Assembly: GCA_026770705.1 (NCBI GenBank)
Contig: JANJGN010000053.1
Span: forward strand, 3,410,001 to 3,474,000
DNA from: Isurus oxyrinchus
Taxonomy: Eukaryota
Reading direction: 5' to 3'
Length of the DNA stretch: 64,000 nt
Positions 11,701 to 25,385 of the stretch are shown piece by piece. The position numbers and the translations under genes are program-made. Position 1 is the stretch's first letter. Every line of letters begins with the position of its first letter. The notes under the pieces were generated by a model, which saw nothing but the letters and a program-made list of their open reading frames with translations, had not been told where the DNA came from and made no database searches.

Positions 11701-14700
11701 CTTCAAATTGTTATCCCATTAGGTTATAGAAATGAGATTCTAAGGATTAATCATTAAATTCCAAAGGGGCGGGTGGTGTTGACGGGCGAGGGAAGGGTGG
11801 GGTGGGGGAATAGGCGCTGGTGCGAGTGGTGACATTTAGGAATCAGGAGAAAAACATGAAAATATAGAGAGGTTTTTTTTTCTTTTTTTGGCCAGGATTG
11901 CATAGAGACTTGGTTAAATTCTGTGGAAAGTGTCATATATGTGAAGTAACAGGAAAATAATAAATAGTGATTAAGCCTGCGACATTAAGCTGAATATTTG
12001 CATTTGGCGATTCTTTTACCAGCTTCATTATTGATTGTGTAGGGCAACTCACTAAAATTAAAAGTGGAAATCGTTTGGTTATTGACAATAATGGATCTGC
12101 CTGTTAGGTTTCCTGAAGTACATAATTTAAAAAATATTGCAACTAAGAAATTTGAGGAGGAGATAATTATTTGTTTTATCAGATACGGTACACTGAAGGG
12201 AAGACAATCAGATCAGGGGTAAAATTTCATGACACAACTTTTTACGGAAGTAATGAATAGTGTGGGGTAAAGTCAACAGCTTATCATCCAGATTCAAAAG
12301 GATCATTGGGAGGGTGGCATCAACTTTAGAAACTATGTTAAGAGCATACTGTCAGAATTATGCTCGGGATTTGTATGCGGGAATTCCATGTCAGTTACTG
12401 GTTATTAGCGATGCTTTGAATGGATCTGCTGGTTTGTGTCCATTTGAACACGTTTATGGTCATGAGGTAGGGGGACCAGTGAAATTGAATCATCAGAAAT
12501 TATTCAGTTAAAATTCAGAAACTATTCTCCTGGGTTACTTATCAAATCTAGGAAAATTTTGAGCATAACATGTGAGTTGTCCGGGGAACATTTAAAAGTA
12601 TGACAGCAAGAAATGAAAGTGGAAGCAAATAAGAAGGCTATGATTAGCAGTCTTGAACTGAGGAGAAAGTATTAGTTTTGCTTCCAGCACTAGGGGATTC
12701 CATAAATGCAAGATATATGGGTCCTTACAGAGTTGAAAATAACTTGAATGAAGTAAATCATTTACTAATTATTACAGATAGAAGAAAGACGCAGAGGGTA
12801 TTCATATAAATATGCTTGAGAAGTACTTCGAAAGGGAAGAGGAATAAAAAGAGCTGTTAATGATGGTGGATGATCAGATAGAGCTAGAGCTACATGACTC
12901 TGAAATCGATATCACTTTAATCAAATTGGATAAAGTGGGGATGCTTGAAAATTTATATGAAATATGAAGTTACCTTCCAAACAAATTTCAACGTGATTTG
13001 AAAAAGCTAATGCAGTCACACAAACATATTTGTGCAAATAGGTTGTGAAACGAACATTTAGCTACATTTGATGTCTCGGTGCACTTTCATCTTCAATAAG
13101 GCAACATCCTTACAGTTAAAATCCGACACAGTTATCACATGTACAATAATAAATTGATCTCCTGCTTTAAAATGATATCATTGAGAGTACTTGCAGTAAC
13201 TGTATTTCGCCCATTGTACTGGTGCCAAAACCAATTGGAAATCAAATTTTGTTTGTGGACTATTGACAGTGAGTTTGGTGCCTAAGGCAGACTCATATTC
13301 CCCACTACAGTTGGAAGTTTGCATTGAGAAAGTGGGACAATCGAAATTTAACACAAATATAGGCTTGCTCAAAGGATAGTGCCACGTGCCTTTGTGGCAT
13401 AGAGCAAAGGAGATATCAGTTTTTGTAACGCCAAGTGGACTAAGTTAGTTGAAAGTCATGCCATTTGGTATTTCAGAGACTGGCAAAGAAAGCCATAGCG
13501 GGTCTAAGCAATTGTGTTCATACTGATGATCTAATTGTTTTCAGACAGTTTTGGCAGGAACACTTACAGTATCTGGAAGAATTATTTACTCCACTACATG
13601 AAGCAAATTTGATTATCAACTTGGCTAAATGTGAATGTGAAAAAGCGCAAGTTACCCATCTAGGCCATGTCATTGGGAATGGTAGGGTGGCTCTGAGCGT
13701 TGCGAAAGTGAAGGTTGTCGTGAATTTCCCAGTGCCTACAACAGAACGAGAAATATTGAGATTTCTGGGCATGAATGGGTTTTACCGGACATTTGCACCC
13801 AATTATAGGCAAGTGGTTGCACGACAGATTGAACTATTTATAAAGAACAAGAAGTTTCAATGGACACTGGAGTATCAGAAGTCCTTCAATAGCTTGAAAA
13901 CTGTATTAATTACGGCAGTAATATTGGCAGCACACAGTCATGCCAAGCAATTCAAGTTGGCAGCTGATGCAACCGATATAACTATTGGGGTTTGCTCCTA
14001 CACAAAGATGGCACTGGAATTGAAAAACAGATAGGAAATTTAGATATTAACAGGTCGAGAACGATACTTTGAGTCTGGTGCTCGCATTGCGGTCTTTTCA
14101 AATTCATGTTGCAAACAATTCATCATAAACTATTGATTCAATGGAGCGTGCTGCGTTGAAGTTTTTGGACAAATGTCAATACAAAAGTTCAAAGCTTTTC
14201 AGATGGATCTATTATTACATCCGATTAATCTACACATTATACATATTGCTGGAAGGGAAAATATGTTCACAGATATCAAGAATTTAAAGCTTAAGATAAG
14301 TTGGGACATTAAAAATATCCTGGACACTGAACTAAGTGATTTTAGTTGATACCAAGTGCTTTTTAAAATACATTATTATGCTAATGCATGGATCGTGTAA
14401 TTTAATAGTATAATGAATAAAGGAGATAGTATGAAATGGGTCATTATGATATGGCTGTCTTTTTAGAATTATGGTGGCTCATCTTTCGCTTAAGAGGAGA
14501 ATGCCTTTAGATATTAATGTTTATAATATTTTGGAAAATATTTTTAATTTTGAATTTAAGTTTTAGTCTTCGGGTGTGTCTTAATTGGATTAAAGCCAGC
14601 TAGTCTGGGGTATGTGTGCTTTGATGGGAATTAGTTTTGATATTGAAGGGAGATAGCGTGCATTTCCATTTTTTGAATAGAACATTCAAAATATGGGGTG

Positions 14701-15190
14701 AGAACTTGACGGCTATCTAGCAGATGCCAAGCCATATGTTTACATTAATGATGAAATTGTTACTGTGAAAAGGTTTGATTGTTTGTCGGTGAAATTCAAA
14801 GAGGTTGGTCAGGCAATGATAATTTGTATTGAATAATTAGGGGTATGAAGAACGTCAGCTCTTTTCGGGTGAACAGAGCAGAGAGAATGTGAGATCAAAA
14901 GCAGCTGCAGGGCTCCAACTGGCTTCACAGTGAAAATAACCTCAATGTGAATTTGTATGGTGAACATGCTTTGCCTGGTGTTTGGTTAAGTTTTTGGGTT
15001 GCTTTTGCCACAATACGGTTAGTTTATAATTTGTTAAATGTTTTGTTAGTACTGAATTCTAACCATGAGTATATATCTTAATCTATGTTTATTAATAAAC
15101 TCTTTCAATTAATGTAATATTAAACCACAAGAACTGGTGGTCTGATTCCTGAATTTTGAGTTCCATCTCAAACGTAACACTTAAAATTAG
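8798..15190 (+). mobile_element. Gmr1-type Gypsy LTR retrotransposon 2 (near full length, decayed)
   Basis: LTR 8798 to about 9528 (TGTCATG...), degenerate Pro PBS at about 9534-9551, gag with FQCNKVGHNKSAC knuckle (about 10740), integrase 11700-12800 (IIDCVG, QSDQG, GPY), RT 13080-13850, RNase H to about 14280, PPT taagaggaga 14491-14500, 3' LTR from about 14502 to 15190 (3'-truncated). Confidence 0.9.
13465..14034 (+). pseudogene. Residual RT/RNase H reading frame of element 2
   Basis: HTDDLIVF (degenerate YxDD), INLAKCE, LGHVIG, RFLGMNGFYR, FKLAADA. Confidence 0.85.
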
Positions 15191-16649
15191 AAATTAAAAT
15201 ATTCTTCTGTTTTTTTTTAATAACTAGGCCTGAAAATCCGTATTTCTCAATAAATCCTCCCCGCTTTATTGTCCCCCCGGCAGACACGTAAATGAGGCTT
15301 CAGGAAACACTGGGTATGTGAATGACAATTCTTCTTCAAGTTGTTGCTCAATTAATGGTTTGAAGATGGAATATATCTTAAGTTTAGCATCACACAGCTG
15401 AGTAATTCCAACAGGATTAACTAAAAATTAAGAAAAAAGTGTTAAAAAGGAACAGCAGAGAATCTGAATTCTAACGTTGCCAATGGAGATGATTTTCGGT
15501 TAACAACATGCCAGTATCAGCTCCTGTTACTGAAATGGTTCCTACTTCTGTGCTGATCTCTCCACTTGTGTAGAACACAACTGTTTTCGAGTCAGTGCAG
15601 TGTCCGTGAAAGGAAGTGGTTAATTAATATGTCATACAGTATTTCAGTCTAATTTAAACCAAGATGGAAACTGCTCACCCCAAGGAACAATTTCCAACAC
15701 ACGTTCTTGCTCTTTGGGATAAGAGGTAGGTTGCTAAAGTGAACCTTTTGCTGAGAATTGTTAATGAGGAATTTCATTTTCTCCATTGATTACATGCTCA
15801 TATCTCAGACCAGCCACTGTCGAGGAGAAATGTGGCGAGGAGCAATGGATCCATTAGACTCTGGATTTATACTGATACATCCTGATATTGGGCAAACTTG
15901 AACATCAAATGTCAGAGAAAATATCGTGATAGAGTCTTGGGAAATGTACAACAGAACAGGATTCCATCTCATCAGTTTTGTCCCTGTTGGCAGCAATGTG
16001 AAAAAGTGCAGAGGTAAAATTGGCCAGCAAATAAAATACGATCCCTGTGGGTGGAAGATGAATAATTGGAATTAAGATTTCTTATATTTTCTTGCAACTA
16101 AATGTCAATTGTGAGCTCCAGAATGTGAGTGCGAGGTTTCTATGTCTAATTAGTATTAAATGTGTGGAAAACCTCCACTATAATTGTGTGGCACTTTTCT
16201 CTGAGATATAGCTTTCTTTTTCGTTTTCATACAAAGATCCCACAATTTAGTAATTCTTGATGTGGGAAGATGCCTACTTGCCATTATTAGATATATTTTG
16301 CTTTAATACCACTGAATGTCAAAACTCCCGTTCAGAGCGGTACTCTGAGAATGAATACTACAGCTTCACTTTGGCATATCACAGTAGAACCTATTTTCTT
16401 AAGGCAACGTTGGGGCCATCTCCTCTTTTGCACCATTATTTCAATGCCTGCCATGTGGGCATTGATGCTTCAAACAATGAGCCAGGGTATATCTTGAATA
16501 TCCCAGTCTAGGACAGCAGAATCGTAGGTACCAACACTTGGACCTCTGAATTGCACCCACATGTAAAACTTTTCTGAACATACTTTTGTATCGAATCATG
16601 TTGTCGCTATGACCACCAGTGATTATTCAACCTATTTTGGTATGCTACC

Positions 16650-17055
16650 ATGTAAGTTGTTGTCTCAGTGATCTGATCGTCCATGGATACTAAGAGAAGT
16701 AAGTGTGGAAATTGTAGAGGCAATGTCCATAATCAAAAATACCTCCTATGGTGCAGGGGCTGTGTGGGAGGCCTGGGGAACGGCAAATCTTACATCCTTC
16801 AAAAAAGTGTGCAAAGCTACAGGTCATTCATTTTAATCTTGATTGTTGGAAAGCCTCAGAAAGGATAATTTGGTTCACAGTTAACTGTCAATCGAACAAA
16901 AGTGAGTTCCATATTCTAACGCATTACAAATGTGTTATCAACAGATCGTGCTGAATGATTTTGCTTGAGTTGTTGATGACTGTGAATGATTGGCACATCA
17001 AACAAGCAAAACGTCAACATGGTTTTGGCCTCGGCTACCTTTTGATTTGAATATC
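16650..17055 (+). mobile_element. CR1 LINE RT N-terminal fragment
   Basis: ILREV..EIVEA..II...W..ANLT..FKK and QHGF motifs. Confidence 0.65.
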
Positions 17056-17059
17056 AGAC

Positions 17060-18520
17060 ATAACTCACAAATTCCCCGCCAAGAGATGGAGTGGGTGTGT
17101 CAGGGACGAGTGGTGTGCGGTAAAGGGGGAGCTTGAAAAGCCTGTTTGCATTCCAGGATGCCTTGCCCTGGGGCCCCTGCCTGCCATAAATTTATGCTCG
17201 GATGTCGACCACCTCCCCTCCCCAACTGAGGCCCATATGTGGACAATTATTGACAACTTAAGGGTTGATTTCCATGTTGTTTCAATTTTGAGGCTTATTT
17301 CAGGAGCCAGGAAATTTCCCTCTTCAGCCTTCATGTGTAAAGGGGGAGCGGGTACGCGCAGCCACCAGCTAGAAAGCCTCCATCGTTAAGTGGTTTCATG
17401 CAGGCTCATCTATCAACCGACATCGAATCCCAACACTGCTGCTCTCCCCAGGAATCACCTGACATCCCCACCGTGGAAATTCGAAAGCGTACGTTTTCCA
17501 TTTTTCTTAAATGTACATTTCCCCATTACGTGTTTGGAGTTTAGTGGCTAGGGAGAAATTCCATGGATGTGCATCATGCTGTGTTCCTGCAAGCCATAGG
17601 CTCACTGGAATTTTGCACAGGGATGGCAGGATTTTCAGCAGGCTGCCCAGAGATACCTTAATTAATGCCCATAAATGTCCACTATATGTACACTTAATGG
17701 CCACACACCAACCTGCTTCATTTTGTAAGGTATCAGGAGGAGTTCCCAGCTGTAGTTAGTTTCGAACATAATGGCGTTTACGCCTCGGGGGACAAGTGAG
17801 GGTTGTCTTTCATCAGAAGCCGCCTATTAACTTAGCTCCTCCCCCGTTCAGACCCGGAACTGCTGGCTTTCCCTTAATCCTCCTTCCGGTCTCTCCCCGT
17901 CAATTCAATGCCCTACTGTCCACTCAACCCTGGCCTCCAATAAACCCGCCTCCTTGCTACCCCTGTATATTACCTATTCCTGAACCCAGGTATTACCAGC
18001 CCTGGTCACTGCAGCTGCTGGCACTGCAGGGACTAGGGAGCTGTCAGGCAATCAGATCTGTTAGCAGCTCATTAATGCAGGACATCCTCCCAAGTGAGTT
18101 GAAGAAGCCAAGCATGCAGCTAATTATTGTTTGTTGGAGCAATAATTCGCTGGCAAGCAGACAGTAGTCGCACAGGTATGTTCCCCGCTGACTCATCGGA
18201 CGGGGGGGTGAGGGATGGGGGAGGGCGAGATAACCCATACCATCTTAAAAATGCTGGCATTAGCCGCTGGGAGCTGCTTGCAGACCCAATTCTGTACACT
18301 GCAGTTTTAGGCACTTCACGATCTAGAGATCTGCCGATCATTCAGATTTGCTGGCAGTCTCTAGGTCGGTCCTTCTCCTATCTGAGGGGCAGGTGTCCCA
18401 CCAGAAGCCAATTAAATTTTGTTGGAGCGTTAAATTGCTGAAGTGAAGGAAGTATTGCAGAGATACTGGCTCTTCCAATGGCTGAAGGAGAACCACGCCA
18501 ATAATTCCTGACATTAGGGT
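17060..18520. repeat. GC-richer interspersed repeat(s), probably non-autonomous DNA-transposon derivatives
   Basis: Shares the ggact..gagctg...ccaatcagat...cagctc..g.ggact motif with 56390-56455 and (reverse) 59925-60030; no coding signal. Confidence 0.35.
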
Positions 18521-18899
18521 CTTTTTAAAACATGGGTTGAAGAGGGTCGCATGGAGCCCAGCACCACATAATACACCTTCAACAGATTACTGAACAGGGA
18601 TATTTGTTGTGTCGGGTTATCTGCAACAGGAAGGTAGAAAGTTCCATTGCCATCTTTTACAAAACAAGCTTCAGGTGGATTGTTGAAGCGAGTAGCAGCG
18701 AAGCCTGAGAGTCAATTTCCAGCACAATAAATGTTATTCAAGTGGTGTTTGGCTGGCGAGTTTCATGTATTCATTTTCACTGTCAACCAGGACTGTAGTT
18801 TAATCTGAAACAGTATTAAATTGGTGTATTACGTTTACAGTTAAGCTCGTTAAACTTTATAATATTATTGCAGTGTATCACTGAGTGATATTTTTAAAT

Positions 18900-20470
18900 T
18901 GTTCATCCTAAGTAATTAAGCAGAATACAACGGAGATGCAATGCAAGTGATGGGTTATTGTTGTCACACGCGGGAGCTGGTAGACAGCAGTGTCATCCAC
19001 AGCAACTACATGTGCAGGAGATTCCAGCCGCTACAGAAAATATGGTTCAGGTTTCATGAGCTGGAATCCGAGTTTGTGAAACTTCGGTGTCTTAGGGAGT
19101 CACCTGTATGTATTGTTCTACGAGGAAAAAAAGTTGCTTAGGTAAGGTAGTTCACAATTGTCCTGTGGACAAGGGCAGGAGAGTGTGTGACTGAGAATGA
19201 GGGAGACCTGGGGGTCAGAAAGGTAGCATTGGATGCTCCTAAACCCTTAGAATTATCCTGTAGAATTGAGTTTCCTGCAATTTGTATGAACGAGAACTGA
19301 AATTACCTAACGGATGAGCCGTGATTCAAGAGAGAATCCAAGTGAGGGATGTTGAAAGGAAATTTTATTGATCTGGCCATTGTACAGGTGGGTGGATAGA
19401 TGCTACTTGTGCAACAGAGTCCATGAGTCCCAAAAGAAAAAAAAATGATCACAAACATAACGACCAGCGCATTACTGCCTCAGCCTCTAGAAACTTGGCG
19501 TCGGATAAGTAACATGAAAGAGAGAAATGTTCAAAGATTCGCATTGGAGAACTAGTTTTTGATTCGTGTTGTCCTAGAACCACAATTCGAAAATAAACGC
19601 GGCACTGTTAGGTCACGCTTTGCTTGAATCACGTTCAGTCCAGATGGACACAAATGAAAATAGAAGGCTATGACAGGGACGTCACTGCATAAACGTGGAG
19701 CCAAAGTTACCAAGCTGGAATTAATTTTTCATGGGCATTTGCCATTTCATAATGATAGGAGCAAAATAACGTAAAATGTGATAGCTAATAGATTATGAGA
19801 TCAATTATGGAGTAAGAAATAATCTTGGCTCAGAAATTGTAGCTCGGGCATGATTTTGGAATAACAAGTTTCGGGAAAAAGTATGTCAATGTTCAAATTT
19901 GTTTCTGACCCCTCTAACACTAGCTACACTAGAGGACAGACGTTAGATCAAAATTATGATAGTAATATTAACAACTACAAGTATTAATGATGATAATAAT
20001 AACACTATTCATCATCATTACCGTCACCATCACCATTATCGTAAGAACTTATAAAAATATATTCCAGTAGCTGTTTGAATATTCCAAAGCTGGGGGGAAT
20101 TGACATGTCAATAGTCAACTAGAGAGGGAGTTCCGAGAATGCATATGGAATAATTACTGAGAACGATGCCTTCTGGACAAAAGCACAGACGTCAGAGGTA
20201 ATAATAAGGAATGGATCTCACGATTATGTATCCTTCCGACAAGATTGACCATAAAATTATATAAATTCCCATTTGTTTTGAAGTGGAAAATAGAGGACCT
20301 ACAAAGTCTTGAACTTAAAAAAAATGTCACAACGGTATGAAGGGATAATTGTCAAGAGTGAAATTGGAATTTAAGTTAAGTTGGAAAGCGAGAATGACAA
20401 CGTAGCAGTTATCAAAGAAGGTATTTCACACGTGCCTAAAACTATAATATAACATTATAAAAACAAACCA
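18900..20470 (+). mobile_element. CR1 LINE 5' portion (ORF1 zinc finger/leucine zipper/esterase and ORF2 endonuclease remnants)
   Basis: MQVMGYCCHTRELVDSSVIHSNYMCRRFQPLQKIWFRFHELESE resembles the CR1 ORF1 N-terminus; decayed endonuclease motifs from about 19670. Confidence 0.7.
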
Positions 20471-21000
20471 CGGTGCATGGTGCCGACCTGAAATAAAAAA
20501 AAGAGGGGCTGCTGAAAAACCCAGCAGATCTGACAGAATTTGTAGCGACAGAAAAGTGCTATCGTGTGGAGATCTAACTGAGGCCTTTTCAGAAATGTGC
20601 AGTTGAACACTCATATATTTTATGCCGCAGAAAAATGGCGGAAGGTCACGTGCAGAAGAAAGGCAGGACAAGATTGGGTTTGTGAGGAGGAATTTAAAAA
20701 AAAAACACAAAGATGTCATGGGAAATCATGCAAACGGAGTGGTAGTGATAGTATTAAACTAAGAAAGTATCGGACGAGAGCAGGTGTCATAGTGGTATAT
20801 TGGCCAACACTCTCCGAAATCATAAACATGATAACCAGACACGACCGGGTCTTGGCAATAACATATGCCAGTTTTTGATAAGAAAGTATTGAACTCGAAG
20901 TTGCATCCAGAATGCTGTAAAATTTCTAAGCTGAAGAGGAGTTTAAGTTCCACCAACTTCTTTTGTGCTTCACTGGAACGTTAGAGCATGCGAGGTCAGA

Positions 21001-21960
21001 AATAAAAACAAAAAACTGCGGATGCTGGAAATCCAAAACAAGAAACAGAATACCTTGAAAAACTCTGCAGGTCTGGCAGCATCGGCTAAGAAAAAAAGAG
21101 TTGACGTTTCAAGTCCTCATGACCCTTCAGCAGAACTAAGTAAAAATAAAAGAGGGGTGAAATATAAGCTGGTTTAAGGTGGGGGAGTGGCGGGGAGAGA
21201 AGCGGGGGCGGGGGGTGATTGGAAGGACATGCAAGCAGTATTAGGAGCAGATAATCAAAAGACGTCGCAGACAAAAAAACAAAGAGAAGTGGTGATATTT
21301 TCCAGACGAATGTGCTAATAAAGAATGGATGGCGGGACACCCTGTACATCTCGAGGGGAGGTGGGGTGGAAAGTCTCACAGGGCATCAAAGGTATAGATT
21401 TAATAATATTGGAAATAGGTGGGAAAATAAAAATCTATATAAATTATTGGAAAAAAAAACTAAAGGAAGGGGGAAGAATCGTAATGTGACTGGGCATGAA
21501 GGAGGGATTTCAAGATCTAAAGTTGGTGAATTCAATATTCAGTCCAGACGTCTGTGAAGTGCCTAGTCAGAAGATGAAGTGCTGTTCCTCCAGTTTGTGT
21601 TGCGCTTCACTGCAACAATGCAGCAAGCGAAGGAAAGAGATGTGGGCAAGAGAGCAGAGTGGAGTGTTAAAATGGCAAGTGGCAGGGAGCTTTGGATCTT
21701 TCTTGCAGACAGACCACAGGTGTTCTGCAAAGCGGTTGCCCAGTTTACGTTTGGTCTCTCCAATGTACAGGAGACCTCATTGGGAGTGACGAATGCAGTA
21801 GACTAAGTTAGGGGAAATGCAAGTGAAATGCTGTTTCACTTGAAAGGAGTGTTTGGACCTTGGACTGTGAGGAGAGAGGAATTGAATGGGCAGGTGTTGC
21901 AGCTTTTGCGTGAGCATGGGGAGGTGCCCTAGGTTGGGGTTGAGTTGTAGGAGGAAAGAA
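21001..21960 (-). mobile_element. Young Penelope-like element 3' part with GIY-YIG endonuclease remnant
   Basis: Minus strand SFQVKQHFTCISPNLVYCIRHSQ*GLLYIGETKRKLGNRFAEHL (21715-21850); terminus shared with the insertions at 34044, 48700 and 58165. Confidence 0.85.
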
Positions 21961-22044
21961 ACTTGTGTATGAGAGCAAGGTCATTAATTGAAAGGGAAAG
22001 AGACCGAATGTTCGCATTCATGCATCTGGGCGTCTGGAATTTTC

Positions 22045-22235
22045 AGTTTCATCATTAATGGCATATGGGCATCACAAGCTAGCCATCATTTATTCACAAT
22101 ACCAATTTTGCCTTGAGAACTGAGTGGCTTGCTAATCTGTTTAAGAGAATAATCGAGAGCCAACCACATGGCTGTGGATCAGGAGTTTCATATAGGCCAG
22201 ACAACGTAAGGACATAAATTACCCCCAAAACAGAC
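22045..22235 (-). mobile_element. HE1-type SINE 3' fragment
   Basis: gagagccaaccacatggctgtggatcaggagt...ggccagac...taagga matches the other SINE copies. Confidence 0.65.
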
Positions 22236-23399
22236 AACCAGTCCGCCTTTGGTCTCACCTGTGTAGAAGCAACGGCATTATGAGCGGGGAGAAACGTATT
22301 GTTAAATGTTTAATTCTCTCAAATTAGTGCTTTGCAGCCTTGGGCAGTGAGTAAGGAGGAATTAAAGTGGCATTTATTGATCCTCCTACGATTTCATGGG
22401 GGGGAAGGTGAGATTTTGAGGTTGACAGAGAAGTTGATATGTGTATCCTGATTGAATGCTATATCTTCTTAATGCTGGCAGGAGGCAGGTAAAAAGATGT
22501 TTTGTGGTTGCATCATGCTAGAGTTGTTGGTAATGGAAGAGGATGATACTTTGAGTATGAAACGTGGTGGGATGCAATGCTAGGACAAGGGGGATTCTAA
22601 AATTGTTTCAAAAGCTAAGGGGAGATGTGAAGGAGGTCAGAGGAGCAGGAACAAGATTAGGCAGAGTTGACTTCCCTGCCCATCACAGTCAGGAATGCAT
22701 CCAGGGCTAAGAAAAAAGGAAGATTTTCAGATTTACCGTTATGGTAGGTGGCAACATCAGATCAGATGCGATGGAGATGGAGAAACTAGGGGAACGGAAT
22801 CGGGTCTTTAAAGCAGTCAAGGAGTGAGGAGGTGAAGTCGAATTAACTTTGGGGTCTGTTGGCTTTGTAATGATGTTGGGATTAAAGGGTTAATGTGATT
22901 AAGATGAGGTGTACTTTGAAATCTCTTTCTCTTGCTGTATATTGCCGTCAGAACTTCTTGGACAGCTCATCTTTCCTGGTTACCAATTTTTACTTGATGT
23001 TGTTGCACAAAGAGTGAGCTGATATTCTGAAGGCAGAACATGATGTAACTTGCCTTTTATCAACTTCAGCCAGTTGAGCGTTTTCTTTGTTGAACTTATT
23101 GTATCAAAAGCCTGATGTGACTGATCCTTTTTGAGTGATTTTTGTTCTGCTGAAGCTGTCCTTTGGAAGCGTGCAAATAATAATTTTCTACCTTTAACTT
23201 ATTCCAGAATTTCGGAAAAAAGTAGAAATGCTGATGCATTTGGTCTTGCTCTCATAGTGCACTTCATAGGAATACGAACATATCAGGGGAAACCAGCATT
23301 TTGTACTGTATGTGAAGACTTGGTATGCAAATGCGCTCAGCTTGATGCAGCCGTTGCCATGGAAATGCACCAGTGATGGTGAGTGATAGTTAACTGCCT

Positions 23400-24350
23400 A
23401 GCATTGTTTGAACTATAAAGTAGGGAGATTGAGCCTCATTCTTCAAAACTTTGCCTCGAGGAATGAGTCAGCAAATGTCTGTAACTCATTTTCTTTAGCT
23501 GAAACAGGCGCAATGTGTGCAAATGTTCCATCTATTTGTATAAAACAGTGCCCTATTTCTTGCATATGCAGCTTCCAGGACATTCAAATGAGCCACATTG
23601 TGGCACTGAGTAAAAGTTTTTAAATGGTTGTCAGTGTAATTCTTCACGCACTGAGGATTTAGCAATTGTTGTCCAATCACGGAATCACATGTAATATTGG
23701 GCACTCCATTGTGGGTTTTGGAAGCATGGGCTATTGGGGTAAGTTCTGTAGCTTGTCCATTGCAAACAATGGCTGTGATATTCTCTTTCACATGAGCCGC
23801 CTGCCTTTGAGGCATACACCCTACATACCCAGCATCACACTAGCATTGAAACCCATATGCCAGGTTATTTATTTGTGTGATAGGGAGAACTTCTTTTTGG
23901 CATCAAGGCAACATCCTTTTAGTAGCGACATCACTCGTGTTGCGGCTGCATAGTAGCATTTGTGGCTCAGAACTTTTCAATCCTTTTCATTTTAGGGTAA
24001 TCTAGGGTAGACTGGCCACATTTCAGGATAGAAAGTGACAGTTTTAGCGTCATCCCGAATTTATGTAACACATCGCAAAATTATCTGATCAGGGTAGCCA
24101 AAAGCAGGGAGATTTGCATATGCGACCTTGATCAGCAACAATCTTGCATGATGAGAAAATGGATCGGGTCAGATTTATGAGGTTGCTGAAAAGCCCCACG
24201 TCATAATCTGCGAAAATCTAAGAATCTCAATACATTTACTGACCCGTGAAGCTATTCCAGATTCTGAGTTCTTTTTTTGCTTATTGACAGCAGCAATCCA
24301 TCCCCGGAAATGGAAGTCAAAGCTGTACGACATTGATTGACAAGCGAAGC
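23400..24350 (-). mobile_element. Penelope-like element family B (RT C-terminus plus GIY-YIG), decayed
   Basis: Minus strand GYPDQII, PVY.RLP, LPITQ.NNLAYGFQC*CDAGYVG, CDSVIGQQLLNPQC; homologous to 57450-58770. Confidence 0.7.
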
Positions 24351-24439
24351 TGCGATAAGGGTTTAAATTGGAAGTAATGTTAAAGGAAGTAATAAAAAAA
24401 AAACATTTCTGCACAAGAACAGGCATTGGGGCAGGCACA

Positions 24440-24850
24440 TTCTTAGATGAACGAGAAAAGAAGCTAAAAGCTTTATGGGAGTTGAACAGGGTAGAATTGG
24501 AACAAAGAAGGTTTTATATTCCCCATTGAAAGTCAGGCATAACTAGGGGCCATGCAGTTACCCAAACCCATGCCTTTTACTTGGAAGAAGTGTGACACGT
24601 TTAATTAGAAACTTTCCAATGAGAGAACAAGTTCAGCCAGATGGAGGGGATTGCTGGTGGATGTAGACTGTTCTGGCCTCCGTTCAAGTAAGAAGTGGCA
24701 CGCCCTCAGACCGTTCTGGTTAACCTTCTTAACAGCATAAACCGTCAAATTTCCACCTCTGTACAGTTCTCAAAACGTTAACTTTGTTTCTCTGTCCGCA
24801 CATGTTTGTAGACATGTTATGCTTTTCCAGCTCGTCCTGTTTATGTTATA
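24440..24850 (-). mobile_element. Penelope-like family A RT core fragment plus terminal remnant
   Basis: LHLAELVLSLESF..SHFFQVKGMGLGNCMAPSYA (PLE RT motif G.AMG..MGPSYA). Confidence 0.65.
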
Positions 24851-25385
24851 TTCAGTTGAAAAAGTTCAACATAAAGGCTTTGGTTTAATACACTATTCCA
24901 CCATGAAGGAAGCCGAGGGTGTTTTATACTTCATTAACCACGCTCTCAAAGTGTCTTGCCGTAATCTATGATAAATATAGATACACAGGCTCAATACTCT
25001 GCTCGGGGACAGCTTTCAAATATGCACCATTTATCGTCTCACTGAGTTTTTTGCGAGTAAAATTAAACATTTTAATTTGCCTGTATTTAATTACATCTGC
25101 AAAGTGTTTAGGGATTGTGTGGAATCATTGTAGAGTTGCTTTAAATTCGTCCGTGGGTATTAATAACAAACGAGAATTACCCCTCGGCCACAATGATGGA
25201 TTTTTGCCCCACTTTACCGGTGCAACCGCCCCATTAATAATTCACTCACGCGGGGCTGCTGATGGCCGCCTCCCATATGCCCAGCATGACTACCTTGATA
25301 CTTTATTACTCCATGCACCATACTTAAATTGCTGTTGTCCGCACAGTTCTGAATGTTTGCAGCTCAGGACGGCTTCACTGAAGAC

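Larger units (their letters stand above)
20485..22890 (-). mobile_element. Old Penelope-like element (family A), interrupted by a younger PLE and a SINE
   Basis: Terminal motif at 20490-20570; decayed RT C-terminus (HYKPTD...FLRL.RIC-like) at 22740-22880 on the minus strand. Confidence 0.6.

Noticed and set aside
15270-15570. Minus-strand acceptor-like ttttag followed by VNPVGI, suggesting a third GPCR exon
   Set aside because: The downstream translation does not resemble the GPR139-like exon.
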